A DNA stretch of 64,000 bases from a virus: the IMG/VR virus record IMGVR_UViG_3300043427_004450, positions 7,984-71,983 of that record, one strand, 5' to 3'. Below, piece after piece: positions 10,105-21,186 of the stretch. The notes beneath the pieces were generated by a model, which made no database searches, was not told the origin of the DNA, and was given only the letters and a program-made list of their open reading frames with translations. A program made the position numbers and the translations under genes. Position 1 is the stretch's first letter. Each line of letters starts with the position of its first letter.

Positions 10105-11166
10105 TTTTGATTCTCCTTATCTTCAATGGCTCGGTTCAAATAATCTCGCAGAAGCTTTCCTTGCTTAATGTCAATTGCGGTGCAGTCCCAATGACCATAG
10201 CGGCACTCATAACCAAAAAGATACTTAACTGCAACCATTAGACGCTGCCAAAACGAGCGATGCTGGTGGAGCTGAACCTGTGTCCAACAGATTTCATCAC
10301 CATCCATATCATCCATATGGCTAAACTGAAGAACGTGGTCTGGAGAATGGCACTCACAAATAACATGATGAGTCTCTTTCATTCTTCCTCCTCGTCAAAA
10401 TCAAAGCGAGTCTTAGTTGGTACCTCTTCTTCTGATTCCTCTTCGGCAACAATACCGGAGATAAGATCGGAATGTTCATCCATTTCAACAAAGAGGTTCA
10501 TTGAAGAGGTATAAATCTGAGCCAACTTAATTGTCTTTTTTGTAAAGAAACGCTTTGCTGTTGTTGGATCGGCAGAAATAGAATTTGCAATATCGACCCA
10601 AGCAATCTTAATATCGCTTTCAAGCGATTCAATAAACTTAGCAGACATAAGGTTGGCGGTCTGCTCAATAAGACTTTGCGGATCTGTTGTATCTGAATCA
10701 GACATCTTTTACTCCAGAGTTAGCGAGATAATGGCGGATAGCATCTTCAAAAAAGACCTGAAACCGCTCAGAAAATAATGGAGAGGTATGCTCAGTCTTA
10801 AGTACATCTTCAAGTTCCTTTAAAGTCTCATCGCTGAGATCAAAGATAATTGTTGTGTGACCATCGCCACCCTCAATGATTTCCATATTTGAAAAGTCTA
10901 CCATTTAAGCCTCCCTATGATTAAAGTAACCTTCTTCAAACCTTTCCCATTCCAGCAGCAAAGACTCTATTGCTTCCCGCTGGTTGTCAAATGGCCCCCA
11001 CGGTGGGCTATCAGAAACCTGAACATACCATCCTTCGCCACCAGAAGGAACGATATAATCTCCCTCCTCACTAAAGAACGGGGGAAAGGAGTCATAATAC
11101 GAGATAAGATAGTCATTCTTCATGGTATGCTCCAACGGATATAGGGCGACCCTGCCACACGGCTAT

Positions 11167-11194
11167 AATCTAGGCACCGCATGGGCAGGGTCAA
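11167..11194 (-). promoter_or_regulatory. Sigma70-type promoter TTGACC-N16-TAGATT inside an inverted repeat
   Basis: Direct reading; arms gaccctgcc (11148-11156) and ggcagggtc (11184-11192). Confidence 0.75.
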
Positions 11195-11860
11195 TGGGTA
11201 GGGCTTTATTTTTCAGAAGAAATCAGAGGGAGAACAAAGACTTCGAAGAAAGATCCTGCATAAGCTCCCTTCTTTTTCTAAGATCTGATTCCATCTTTTC
11301 AAGATCGGAAATCTGAACTGAAAGATCTAGAGGAAATTCAAATGCTCTTATTATAGAATAAACATCATCCATATTTGATTTTGATGATGCAATTCTTATT
11401 CTTGCATAGGAGAAATTAATATAGCTATTTTTATAAACAATGTGATCTATATCCCATCTTTCAGTAAAAGAAACAAAATCCCTATAATTTCTTATATCAG
11501 GAGAGGTGTTTCTTCTAATCATTTTCTTTGAAAGAAGACTGCGTTGTTTATGCTTTGCTATCTTTCCGCTAGGAGCGTATGCTGCCTTTGCTAAAATTGG
11601 AGTTGCAAAGTCTTTATCATTATCAATAAGCTCAAGAGTAATTTCTTTTACCGTAGGATCTTCTCTGGAGTAGTTGTCACTTGTAACAATTCTCCATTTG
11701 TGTTGACTAACTGCAGTTTTTAGCTTTGATAATAATATTTTTTCAACCCTAAGATTAATCTTGCTGTTTAAATGGCGCATTTGCTTTTCAAGAGAAGACC
11801 TTTGTTTTATAAGCTCTTCTACTTTCGGATCTCTTGATATTATATCCCTCATTATTTTTC

Positions 11861-12550
11861 CTAAACAATAATATCGGCAATGCCCATCTTTACTGCTTCT
11901 TCTGCTGATAGATAAACATTTACCTTACGGTTAATCATTCTCTTTAGTTGGGCCACGGAAAGATTTGATTCGTCAGAAAGTGCTCTCAAATAAGCCTCCT
12001 GCATATATCTCATTTCTTCCATTTCGTTCTCTAGATTGTGGAATGAGCCGGATGTTCCACCTATTACGGAGTGAATCATTACTCGACAGTTCTTTCCAAT
12101 CTTACGCTGACCCTTTGTTCCTGCCGCAAGAAGAAGGACTCCAGCAGACATTACCTTTCCAATTCCAAAGGTAACAATTGGGCACTTCTCCTTCACAACA
12201 CGCATAATATCATAAAGAGCAAACATATCATCTGCTGAGCCGCCTGGAGTTGAAAGAAGAAACTCAATAGGAAGAACCTCTGCTTCAGCCTCTTTCTTTT
12301 CCTCTTCTCCATCTTTGCCTTCAGCTACTTCTGTATCAGGCTCTACCTCTGCGGTTTCGGCCATATCTAGCATCATGCCGATAATCTGAGCAACCTTGTT
12401 CTCTTCAACCTCACCGAATAGGCCGATGATTCTTGAATCATCATCTTTTGGAATAAGAATCATTTTTGGGTCAGATGATCCTTCGCTCTCAACTCCTTCT
12501 TCGTCACCGTGATCGTGACCATCGTTTAGTTTTTTAGATTTAAATAACAT
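11861..12550 (-). CDS. clpP: ClpP-family protease (S14)
   Basis: LSTPGGS, GKVMSAG (catalytic Ser), VMIHS (His) and YLSAEEAVKMGIADII. Confidence 0.92.
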   Translation of the reverse strand: MLFKSKKLNDGHDHGDEEGVESEGSSDPKMILIPKDDDSRIIGLFGEVEENKVAQIIGMMLDMAETAEVEPDTEVAEGKDGEEEKKEAEAEVLPIEFLLSTPGGSADDMFALYDIMRVVKEKCPIVTFGIGKVMSAGVLLLAAGTKGQRKIGKNCRVMIHSVIGGTSGSFHNLENEMEEMRYMQEAYLRALSDESNLSVAQLKRMINRKVNVYLSAEEAVKMGIADIIV

Positions 12551-12558
12551 TTTTTCTC

Positions 12559-12975
12559 CTAGTATGAATCATCAAGTTCTATATCCCAATTAAACTCAAT
12601 TCTTGCTTGCGGTATATTGTTATGCAGCGTTACAAATTTTAATATTGTTTTTTTTCCATTAATGTTTGTTGAAAACTGCCCATTGTTACAAACTTCTATA
12701 TTTAGCTCTGGAAAATTTGAAGAGTATCTTAAAAATGCGTGATGACAGTCTCTTGCAACGCTAAAGTTAGTGACCCAAATTATTGTATTTTTTCCTTCAA
12801 AAAGATTTTGAATTCCAGACATCATAAAGTTGGTTGTTTTTCCTTGCCTTCTTCCATATCCAATTATATTTTTTACAACATGATGGTCTGAAAATAATGC
12901 ATCTGTTATTATTTCTTTTTTAAACTCATCAGGATCTCTTAGACCACATCGTCTATAAATCTGGCTCAATTCCAT
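12559..12975 (-). CDS. Small P-loop protein (terminase/helicase ATPase-like fragment)
   Basis: Walker A-like GRRQGKTT; only 138 aa. Confidence 0.4.
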   Translation of the reverse strand: MELSQIYRRCGLRDPDEFKKEIITDALFSDHHVVKNIIGYGRRQGKTTNFMMSGIQNLFEGKNTIIWVTNFSVARDCHHAFLRYSSNFPELNIEVCNNGQFSTNINGKKTILKFVTLHNNIPQARIEFNWDIELDDSY

Positions 12976-13529
12976 ACCTATATTTTACTAAAAAAAGAGG
13001 GAAGAGCTAATCTTTATCTGGCGTCCAAAGATGATAGCCAGAACAAAGCGGACAATGATAAAGCTTTTTTATCTCATCATAATCACGCTTTGCTCTGGCT
13101 ACTGCACGTTCTGCTTTCTCTCTGGTCCCATAGCGTTTCTTTGTAAGGCAGCTTCTATCAATCCATTTTCCGCCAGCCGCCTTCTTTCCTTTCACTTCAG
13201 CTTATCCAAATGAAAAGTCAACTCTTCTACTGCAACAGGCTGAAAAACTCTTATTTTCATCTTTAAGAGGGCCTCAATCCATTCGTCTTTTGATATTCTC
13301 TTTCCGTAAAGATCAAATACCATTCCAGCTCTATACTGACTCGGTGCAGTTTCCATAACCCCAATTGCTTTGCGAATAGCAGTGATGGCAGCAGACTTGC
13401 TTTGATAAATTTTGCCAACCCTAGAATTTATAATTGTGGACTGAAATCCAATTCTAATTCTGATTGGTTTATCAAACTGATCCAAGATTTGATAAAGCTC
13501 TTGAACCTTTTCTTTCTTTGCCTTAGCCA

Positions 13530-14834
13530 TTAGAAGCCTGTGCCATTTCTTGTTGACTTTATATCCTTTCCAAGATTTGATAGGAATTCGGAAAGAGACA
13601 ACTCAATATCTTCATCGGAAATAATCTGGGAAGAACGAGCAAAAGCCTTGTTTGCAGCAGCAAGATAGATTCCCTTAACGAATGCAAGAGAGTGTCCCTT
13701 TGCTGCATCTGCCACTCGATCAACCATAGAGTCTGAGACTGAGTCCTCTTCTGATAGCTTACGCATAAAAGATCTGATTCCATCACGACTTGGTGCTTCA
13801 AATGGAATTCTCAAATCAAATCTACCGGGACGGAATAGAACCTGAGAATCGATCTTCTCTGGATTGTTTGCAGTAGCAATAAGAATTGAATTCTTACGCT
13901 GAGCAACACCATCAAGTGCATTTAGAATGGCAGAGAATGAAACAGGAGTTTTAAAGCCTTCTTCTTTTGAGAAGAAACGATCAATATCTTCCAGCAGAAG
14001 AACTCTAATTCTTGGGTTTGAATCCTCTTCGTCATCAATATCTAGTGAGCGAGAAGTTCTTAATGCTCTTGGATGCTCGTCATACATATCATCTTCATGG
14101 TCTGCGCCACCTACCCAAGATAGAAATGCTGAGTCTGGATCCTCATAACGGCCTGTGAAAGAGAATTGGCTTGGTGATGAGTGGAAAAACTTTGATATTG
14201 CTCTGATTGCAGATGTTTTTCCATTTCCGGGTGGGCCATAAAGAAGATAGGAGCGAGAATAAGGAAGATCTCTCTTATCAAACCACTCTTTTGATTTTGA
14301 AAAGAAAAGAATATCTTTCTTTAGACTTTCTGTTTTTGAATCCCAAAAAACTTTGTCAAGAGACTTTTCGTTGTATAGGGATGGAGAAAGCTGAATCTTA
14401 GAGATTAGATTCTTAATTTTTGGCCAATCTCTCTTGCGGGCAACAAACCCAAAGTCTGTATTGAAAAATACAACATCTTCACCTGGAATCCTAAAGATTG
14501 ATCCTACTCTTTCTTTCCAGCGGTTTCCAGAAACAGAAAATGTTCTGATCATAAAAAGATCTTCTGCTTCTTCTAGCCTTGAAAGAAGTGGTGATAGCTC
14601 TTCAGATAGTGAAAATACTATAGCCTCATCCCAATTTATGCCAAGGATTCTTCTGATTTCATCCCTATCTGCAAAAAGAAACTTTGTAATAGATACTGGT
14701 GGTCTATAAACAAAGCTATCAACAGAGCCATGTCCACTTATTGATGGGCTAATCAAAGATTTTTCTTCATCAGCCTGTTGATCAATAATCTTTTTGATAG
14801 AAACAATTGCATCATTGTTTGAAAATTTACTCAT
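13530..14834 (-). CDS. AAA+ ATPase (BCS1-like)
   Basis: YLLYGPPGNGKT, LLEDID, LNALDG and RPGRFD. Start moved to MSKFS, which follows a GGAGG RBS. Confidence 0.9.
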   Translation of the reverse strand: MSKFSNNDAIVSIKKIIDQQADEEKSLISPSISGHGSVDSFVYRPPVSITKFLFADRDEIRRILGINWDEAIVFSLSEELSPLLSRLEEAEDLFMIRTFSVSGNRWKERVGSIFRIPGEDVVFFNTDFGFVARKRDWPKIKNLISKIQLSPSLYNEKSLDKVFWDSKTESLKKDILFFSKSKEWFDKRDLPYSRSYLLYGPPGNGKTSAIRAISKFFHSSPSQFSFTGRYEDPDSAFLSWVGGADHEDDMYDEHPRALRTSRSLDIDDEEDSNPRIRVLLLEDIDRFFSKEEGFKTPVSFSAILNALDGVAQRKNSILIATANNPEKIDSQVLFRPGRFDLRIPFEAPSRDGIRSFMRKLSEEDSVSDSMVDRVADAAKGHSLAFVKGIYLAAANKAFARSSQIISDEDIELSLSEFLSNLGKDIKSTRNGTGF

Positions 14835-15089
14835 GGTACCTCCAATTAGTGTTCTGTATACCAGTCCCAGAAGTGCTCTGTAAGAATTCTTTCCCACTCT
14901 TTTTCTGAGAGTCCAAGCTCTTTTGCCAGTCTATAGGCTTCTTCTTCCATGCTTTTATCAAGAAGCTTATATATTTTGTCATAAACATCTTTCATGAATC
15001 ATCCCACTCCTTTGTGATTAAGAGCAAAAAGGTTGCGGTCCAAATGATCCACCCTAAATATTTTAGCCAATCCATTAGCTCTAGACTTG

Positions 15090-15410
15090 TCATAGGTGGG
15101 CCACGTTAAATAGTACCCACTCCAAAACATCTGGAGAATTTTCTTTTACAAAGTCAACAAAATATTCTTTTGTTGAAGATAACCGCGAACAATGACTAAA
15201 TCTTACAGAATAAAAAGTTTCTTGACCAGAACCATTGTCTGTTACCACCCAAACTGCCGATGAAAATATTCCATCAAAATAGTAGTATTCTACTTTGTTT
15301 ACAATCCACCCACTGTCCTCTCCCTCTCTATATCTCGTTACATAGATACCGCGAGGAAAAATCTCTCCAGAATATAATTGATCGTAAGTTATTTCCTGTA
15401 TTTTTTGCAT
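15090..15410 (-). CDS. Hypothetical protein, C-terminal EWxLFN family
   Basis: Ends SPDVLEWVLFNVAHL. Confidence 0.6.
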   Translation of the reverse strand: MQKIQEITYDQLYSGEIFPRGIYVTRYREGEDSGWIVNKVEYYYFDGIFSSAVWVVTDNGSGQETFYSVRFSHCSRLSSTKEYFVDFVKENSPDVLEWVLFNVAHL

Positions 15411-15928
15411 CAGTCAAGCCTAATCTTAAGTCCCATGTCTTGCATCTTTAGTATTGCTTCGGCATTACCCCTTGCATCATCGAGAGCATTATGAGAGTGA
15501 CGGGTTTCTCTAAGTTGCTTCCACTTTGCAAATGTATCAAGCTTTGCGCCGCAGTAAAGGTCACCAATCCTGCGACTAGAAAATCCAAAAGGATTTCTTC
15601 CTAGAAAAGCATGAAAGTAATAGTTAATAAAGGCAAAATCAAAACCTGGATTGTCAGCAATAAAGATTGGACGACCCTTTGAATTTGCATTGACCCATTC
15701 TTCAAAACGAGTCATAACAGGAATTGGATCTTCAAAGCGGATTGTCTGCTCCCTAGTAAAGCCAGAAACAGCAAGAGCATCAGGAATCCATCGATCAGAG
15801 ATAGGCTTTAGTTCGGCATAGAAAGTTCTATTAAGATCTGGCTCTACCACTACCGCTCCAAAGGAAATCATAGAATAAAGACCGGGAGCAGGGCCGTCTG
15901 CTTCAATATCAACAGAAAAGTAGCTCAT
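15410..15928 (-). CDS. DEDDh 3'-5' exonuclease
   Basis: VDIEADG, FDFAF and HNALDDA. Confidence 0.9.
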   Translation of the reverse strand: MSYFSVDIEADGPAPGLYSMISFGAVVVEPDLNRTFYAELKPISDRWIPDALAVSGFTREQTIRFEDPIPVMTRFEEWVNANSKGRPIFIADNPGFDFAFINYYFHAFLGRNPFGFSSRRIGDLYCGAKLDTFAKWKQLRETRHSHNALDDARGNAEAILKMQDMGLKIRLD

Positions 15929-16212
15929 TAAAACTCCGTATCATCATCAAGCATTGAGTAGATAGGCTCTTGCTGCATAGATCTTGTCTTAAATGCGCTA
16001 GAAAAATAATGCCTATTTAGAGAGTCTACTCGCTCAATGGCTGACCTACAGGCCTCTGTCCAACCAGACTCATTAATTATATCTGTAGAATCTGGAACAA
16101 CATGAGAAATTAGCTTTCTTACAAAATAAAGATCTTCCTCAGTAAACGGAGGAAATCCATCAATCTTAACAGCGTTCTTATTGCCCACTTTTAGCCTCCA
16201 TCCTTCCAATAC

Positions 16213-16240
16213 AATATAACCACCAGCTTAAAAAAGTCAA
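16213..16240 (-). promoter_or_regulatory. Sigma70-type promoter TTGACT-N16-TATATT
   Basis: Direct reading; TG upstream of the -10 box. Confidence 0.7.
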
Positions 16241-16984
16241 GCCGGAAGTTACACTATATTAGTTTTGGCATCAGATTCTCGAGTTAAATCTAAGATCGCT
16301 GATGTATTTCATACAAAGCTCTACAGACTCTCCAAATCCTGACTCAGAATAAACTCCAAATGTTTCGTATCGAAATGGATAAGAGTTTTTTGGAGTACGC
16401 CAGATAAACCCAAGAACATCATCTTCTTCTGAGGTTATGATCCAGCCAACATTTCCATAAATCTTTGCTTCAATTTTTTTCATTTTTTTACCTTACTAAA
16501 GATAATTGTTTCGTCTGATTCTTTGCCACTCATAAAAGGAGGTGGATTTAACCATTCTTCTGCAATACTTTTTTCAGAATTATCATCTGACTCTGGCCAA
16601 CCTCCAGATTCCCAATCCTTTACCATAGACCTCCAAGCCTTAATTGGAATTTGAATCATAACGGATTTGTTATTTGCTTCAAATTCATGACCTGAAATTT
16701 GAACATAAACATTTGAAACATCAAATATTTCTTGATAAAGATGATGATCTTTTCCATATGAGATTGAAACTTTTGTGCTCATTTCTTCTCCGAATTATAT
16801 TCTTCAATTTCACCATCAATAACAATAATTAAATCTCCATTTTTATCAAATTCAAAAATAGACTTATTGTTTACAAAAAGACGATAATATCCATCTTCAT
16901 AAGAGGCTCTTTCTGCAAGCCAATTACCGATAGCATCTTTTACCTCTTTTTCTGTTAGGTGAATAGTCTTAGAAGATGTTACTT

Positions 16985-17620
16985 TCATGGCAGCTCCAAA
17001 ACAATTGGTGGGTTTACAGGCTGATAGCGTCTATTGCAGGACGAGGCATTGACATAGTTTGTACCTTCTATTTTTTGCTGGCCATAACCCTCATGAATAT
17101 GGCCAAAAACATGATATTTTGGCTTAATTCTATACATAATTTCATTAGCGAGAATTGGGCATCCAACGGCATCACCTTCGTCGGTTATATCTAGTACGCC
17201 ATGAGGAGGGCCGTGAGTAATTAAAAAATCTATTCCATCTGGAATCTTACTCCAAGTATCGTAAAGATCCTCTTCGTCGGCATTAAAAGCCCAATCAAAA
17301 AATCTTGGGGTGATTGGAGAGCCGTAAAACTTCAATCCCATGATTTCGGCAGAAGAGTTTTCAAGATAAACAATATCTTGATACTGAGAAACTAGATTTT
17401 TAGCGATAAAGGAATCTGACTCATAGATCCAATCATGATTTCCGCTAATTAAAACCTTATGCTTTGCAGGCTGCTGAGATAACCAATAGAGAAAAGAAGA
17501 AACTTCTTTTAAGGTTCCGCGACCTGTTGCATCACCAGCATGAATAAGAATATCGCACTCTGGAATTTTTATTTTAGAGTGCAAATTATGTGTGTCGGAT
17601 ATACAGACTATTTTTGGCAT
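16985..17620 (-). CDS. Calcineurin-like metallophosphoesterase
   Basis: ISDTH, HAGD, GNHD, THGPP and FGHIHE. Confidence 0.92.
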   Translation of the reverse strand: MPKIVCISDTHNLHSKIKIPECDILIHAGDATGRGTLKEVSSFLYWLSQQPAKHKVLISGNHDWIYESDSFIAKNLVSQYQDIVYLENSSAEIMGLKFYGSPITPRFFDWAFNADEEDLYDTWSKIPDGIDFLITHGPPHGVLDITDEGDAVGCPILANEIMYRIKPKYHVFGHIHEGYGQQKIEGTNYVNASSCNRRYQPVNPPIVLELP

Positions 17621-17647
17621 GTGGCCTCCAAGGAATTATACTCTATC

Positions 17648-18004
17648 CTACGAATTCCAAAGATCCTGATTAAAAAGAAGCCACTCGGTTGCCGGATGAT
17701 TTATATTTATTGTACGACTACAAAATTCATCAAGATTGGTGTAGAGAAGCTGACCTCTTTCATATGGAATATTTGAAGCAAGATAGGTTGCATTTAAGGC
17801 AACCATCTTTAAATTCTTATCTGAAAAAATAAAAATTCCAAAATATGGAATAGAATCATTTAACCAAAAATAAAGCTTATTAGACTCTAAAGAATCGTCA
17901 TACTGACAAAACTCAGCATAATAAAGCCCTGTTAGATTATGATTTTTTGCATAATAAATTGCTTCAAGTGAATCGCGAAACAATCCAAGATAAGCTGGCT
18001 CCAT
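17648..18004 (-). CDS. Hypothetical protein, C-terminal EWxLFN family
   Basis: Ends HPATEWLLFNQDLWNS. Confidence 0.6.
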   Translation of the reverse strand: MEPAYLGLFRDSLEAIYYAKNHNLTGLYYAEFCQYDDSLESNKLYFWLNDSIPYFGIFIFSDKNLKMVALNATYLASNIPYERGQLLYTNLDEFCSRTININHPATEWLLFNQDLWNS

Positions 18005-18005
18005 C

Positions 18006-19301
18006 TTATCCCATCATAGGAAAGAATGTTACCTCACGAAGAGACTTCTTATTGGCGAGAATACAAATCAAACGCTCTACTCCAAGTCCAAGGCCGCTAC
18101 ATGGAGGACAACCGTACTCCAGAGCCTCTAGGAAGCCTTCGTCAAGCATCATAGCCTCCTCGTCCCCTCTAGCCTTCTGTGTTGCTTGCTCCTCCAGCAG
18201 AGTGCGTTGGAGAACGGGATCGACAAGCTCAGTATAGCACTTGACGATTTCCCAGCCTCCAACAATAAGCTGCCATTGTTCTACAGTATTAGGATCGTCT
18301 GCCTTTCTTGCCGCCATAGGAGACATATGAGCCGGATAATCCTCGACATAGATTGGCTGAATTAGAGTGGGACGAATCTGCTTCTTAAAGATTTCATCTG
18401 CATCAGAAGCAGACATTGAATCTGGAGAGGGCAGTCCAGAGCGAGAGAAAAGCTCTCGATACTTTACGGTTGGAATTTCATTAAAGTTGAGGCTAACACC
18501 ATCCCAATCTACGCTTCTTGCGTCAAATCCAAGTCGCCAAAGAAGTCCAGCAATAAAGTGCCCAAAATATTCCTTATTATCCTGATAGTCGGCATAAGCC
18601 CGATACCATTCCATTGAATTAAATTCCTGCAAATGAGAGCGATCCAGACCCTCATTTCGGAAAGACTTATTCAGTTCAAAAATCTTATCAAATCCGCCAA
18701 CCATCATCATCTTAAGATGAGTCTCTGGTGCTATACGGAGATAAAGATCCTTATCAAGAGCGTTGTGGTGAGTAACAAATGGTCGAGCAATTGCTCCAGA
18801 TGCTTGGGCAGTAAGCATCGGAGTATCAACCTCCAAATAATCATCTTCCGTAAGAATCTGTCGAATGGTCGAGATTACCTTGGAGCGAAGTCGAAAAACA
18901 GCCGCAGCCTCAAGATCAATTGAGGTTTCAAGATAACGCTTACGAAGCCTTACATCATCATCTGCCACACCATAAAAGGTACTTGGGATTCCTCGCATTG
19001 GCCTGTTCAGAACCTTTGCGTTAAAAACAAGAATGGAGCGCTCTCCAGTCGAAGTGTCCCAAATCTTACCTTGGATTTGAATATGGCAACCAATAATAAT
19101 CTGAGACACAACAGACTTGTAGGCTTCTGCTCCTCCCATATCATCACGACGGAAACAGAGCTGAATCTTGCCAGTTGAGTCCTGGATGTGTGCAAAGCTT
19201 ACATTTCCCATACGACGAAAGGACACAACTCTACCTGCGGTAGATCCTTCTGTATTGAGAGGGCAGCTAGAAACATAAAGAATGGTCTGATTCTTAAGCA
19301 T
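18006..19301 (-). CDS. lysS: Lysyl-tRNA synthetase, class II (compact)
   Basis: OB-fold AGRV..RRMGNVSFAHIQD, LYLRIAPETHLK, motif 2 FRNEG and motif 3 GLGLGVERL. Confidence 0.95.
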   Translation of the reverse strand: MLKNQTILYVSSCPLNTEGSTAGRVVSFRRMGNVSFAHIQDSTGKIQLCFRRDDMGGAEAYKSVVSQIIIGCHIQIQGKIWDTSTGERSILVFNAKVLNRPMRGIPSTFYGVADDDVRLRKRYLETSIDLEAAAVFRLRSKVISTIRQILTEDDYLEVDTPMLTAQASGAIARPFVTHHNALDKDLYLRIAPETHLKMMMVGGFDKIFELNKSFRNEGLDRSHLQEFNSMEWYRAYADYQDNKEYFGHFIAGLLWRLGFDARSVDWDGVSLNFNEIPTVKYRELFSRSGLPSPDSMSASDADEIFKKQIRPTLIQPIYVEDYPAHMSPMAARKADDPNTVEQWQLIVGGWEIVKCYTELVDPVLQRTLLEEQATQKARGDEEAMMLDEGFLEALEYGCPPCSGLGLGVERLICILANKKSLREVTFFPMMG

Positions 19302-19584
19302 TTTCTTCCTCCGTGTCGCAATCTTCCCACTTTTCTTCTTCGTAATTCCAATGACGATTATCGTAAATATCTACCGCAAGAAAATAAGACATGATTTCAA
19401 ATGTAATACTGAGTCCAGCATGGTGAGTTTTTCGAGTCCATTTCGCGGAAATGTCAAAATAACTCCATCCTTCCTTAAATTTATCAAGCTGGACTTCAAG
19501 ATACTTATTTTTAAGTAGCGGGAAATACTTGCGATGAAATAGTGGAACACAAAAGTTCATTGTAAATCCTCCCGCTACGCCTAG

Positions 19585-19612
19585 AATATAAGCACAGAGT
19601 ACGGCTGGTCAA
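19585..19612 (-). promoter_or_regulatory. Sigma70-type promoter TTGACC-N16-TATATT
   Basis: Direct reading; GTGCTTATATT core shared with other copies. Confidence 0.75.
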
Positions 19613-20514
19613 CCAGCCCTCTAAAATATTTTACCGCTAATCAAAGAAAAGTGTAAAGATTACTTCTTCTTCCATTTCTGGAGAAAGCCCCATGATAGAA
19701 GGCTCTACCTCAATCACCTTTTGTGGAAGAACAACATCTACCTCGATGATTTCTGCCCTAATCGAATCAACATAAACTTCAAGTGGGTCAAGAAAATCAT
19801 TCTTCATCGGATACCTCTTCGGGCTTTGGGTTCGCTGTTTCAAACTCTGACTTTGCTACAAAAAGCTTTGCAAACTTGCCTTGATTCAGACTAAATTCAA
19901 TGTTGTCTATTTTAATGAGTTGATTGGATGGAACTCCATTTTCAGCATACTGCACAGTCAGATAGGACTGATAATTATATTTGTCCCTAAATCCCTTATA
20001 ATAAACTCTAACTGTCTTTGGACAATTCTTTATTTCTGTTACAAGGCTTAGAGATAGGATTGGGGTTCTATAATCTACTCTGGCAATTACAATCGTATCT
20101 CCGACAACTACTTCTTCGCCCTTTAGATCAACTAGCTTAAACTTTGCATCCTGCATTTAGGACTCCTTCACGGAAATTATCATAACATCATGCTTGCAGC
20201 CTTTTGTCTGACAAGCACCATAAGCCAAAAACTTGGCATTACCAGACCACTGATTAACAACCTCTATAATCTCGGATGGAAGCTTTCCTTTTGAAAGGGC
20301 CTTCTCTTGCTCTGGCGTAAAGTAAAATGAGCCTGACTTATTTAGCGAAACTGACTTTCCCTCTCCCCACTTTGGAAGCGGAATGGAAAGATCAATTACA
20401 ACAGAGAAAACTTCGCCGCAACCCAATGTTGTGATTGGATTACCATTCTTATCAGAACCCTGACAAACAAACCTAAACATAAAGCTCCTTGTAGCAGGAC
20501 TCCCCGCTACGGAT

Positions 20515-20542
20515 AATATAAGCACCGTGAGCGGGGAGTCAA
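20515..20542 (-). promoter_or_regulatory. Sigma70-type promoter TTGACT-N16-TATATT inside an 11-bp inverted repeat
   Basis: Arms gactccccgct (20498-20508) and agcggggagtc (20530-20540). Confidence 0.8.
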
Positions 20543-20853
20543 TAGCCTGTGTTTAAAAAATCAATCGCCAGTGTGATGGAAGCTTTCCGTTGAACAAGTA
20601 ACCTGCGGATAACTAGGCCAGCTTGGCTTTCCTGTTGTGCTATCGTCACAAATAACAGGTGTTGTGAATGGTGGCAAGTTTGGAAAGAGAGGAACCTGCA
20701 TTGGCAGACTTGGAGTAACCTTTGTCAAGACAGTATTAAGATGATTTTTAATCTCCTCAACCTGTTGCTCATTTAAGCCTTTTGGTCCATCCAAATGCTG
20801 AGAAAGCTCAATATATCCCTGAAGCCAAAAAACAAAATTTTCGCTAGTCATTA

Positions 20854-21186
20854 TCAACCTCCAATCTTTTCTAGCTCAGAATTTAGCCAAGTGTCTAGAG
20901 CACCCTTTGCTACGTTTCCTGTTTTTCGAGAAACCTCTGCTCCATTGTGAAATAGAACCATTGTTGGAACGCCTTGCACCCTTAGGGATTGAGCAGATGT
21001 TGGACTATCATCAATATCAACATCGTAAACTGAAAGTGAAGATCCTCTTTCTTCTGCTACTTTTTCTAGAGTTGGAGCAAGTGCTTTGCATGGTGGACAC
21101 CAGGTAGCTCCCAATTTTACTAAAACAGTTTTGCTTGAAGCAATTGAGTTGCTTAGCGTTTTATCAGTTGCGGTTTTTACAAACAT
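20854..21186 (-). CDS. trxA: Thioredoxin
   Basis: WCPPC active site and VQGVPT cis-Pro motif. Confidence 0.92.
   Translation of the reverse strand: MFVKTATDKTLSNSIASSKTVLVKLGATWCPPCKALAPTLEKVAEERGSSLSVYDVDIDDSPTSAQSLRVQGVPTMVLFHNGAEVSRKTGNVAKGALDTWLNSELEKIGG

Noticed and set aside
12559-12975. Terminase large subunit
   Set aside because: Only 138 aa with a Walker A-like motif and no nuclease domain.
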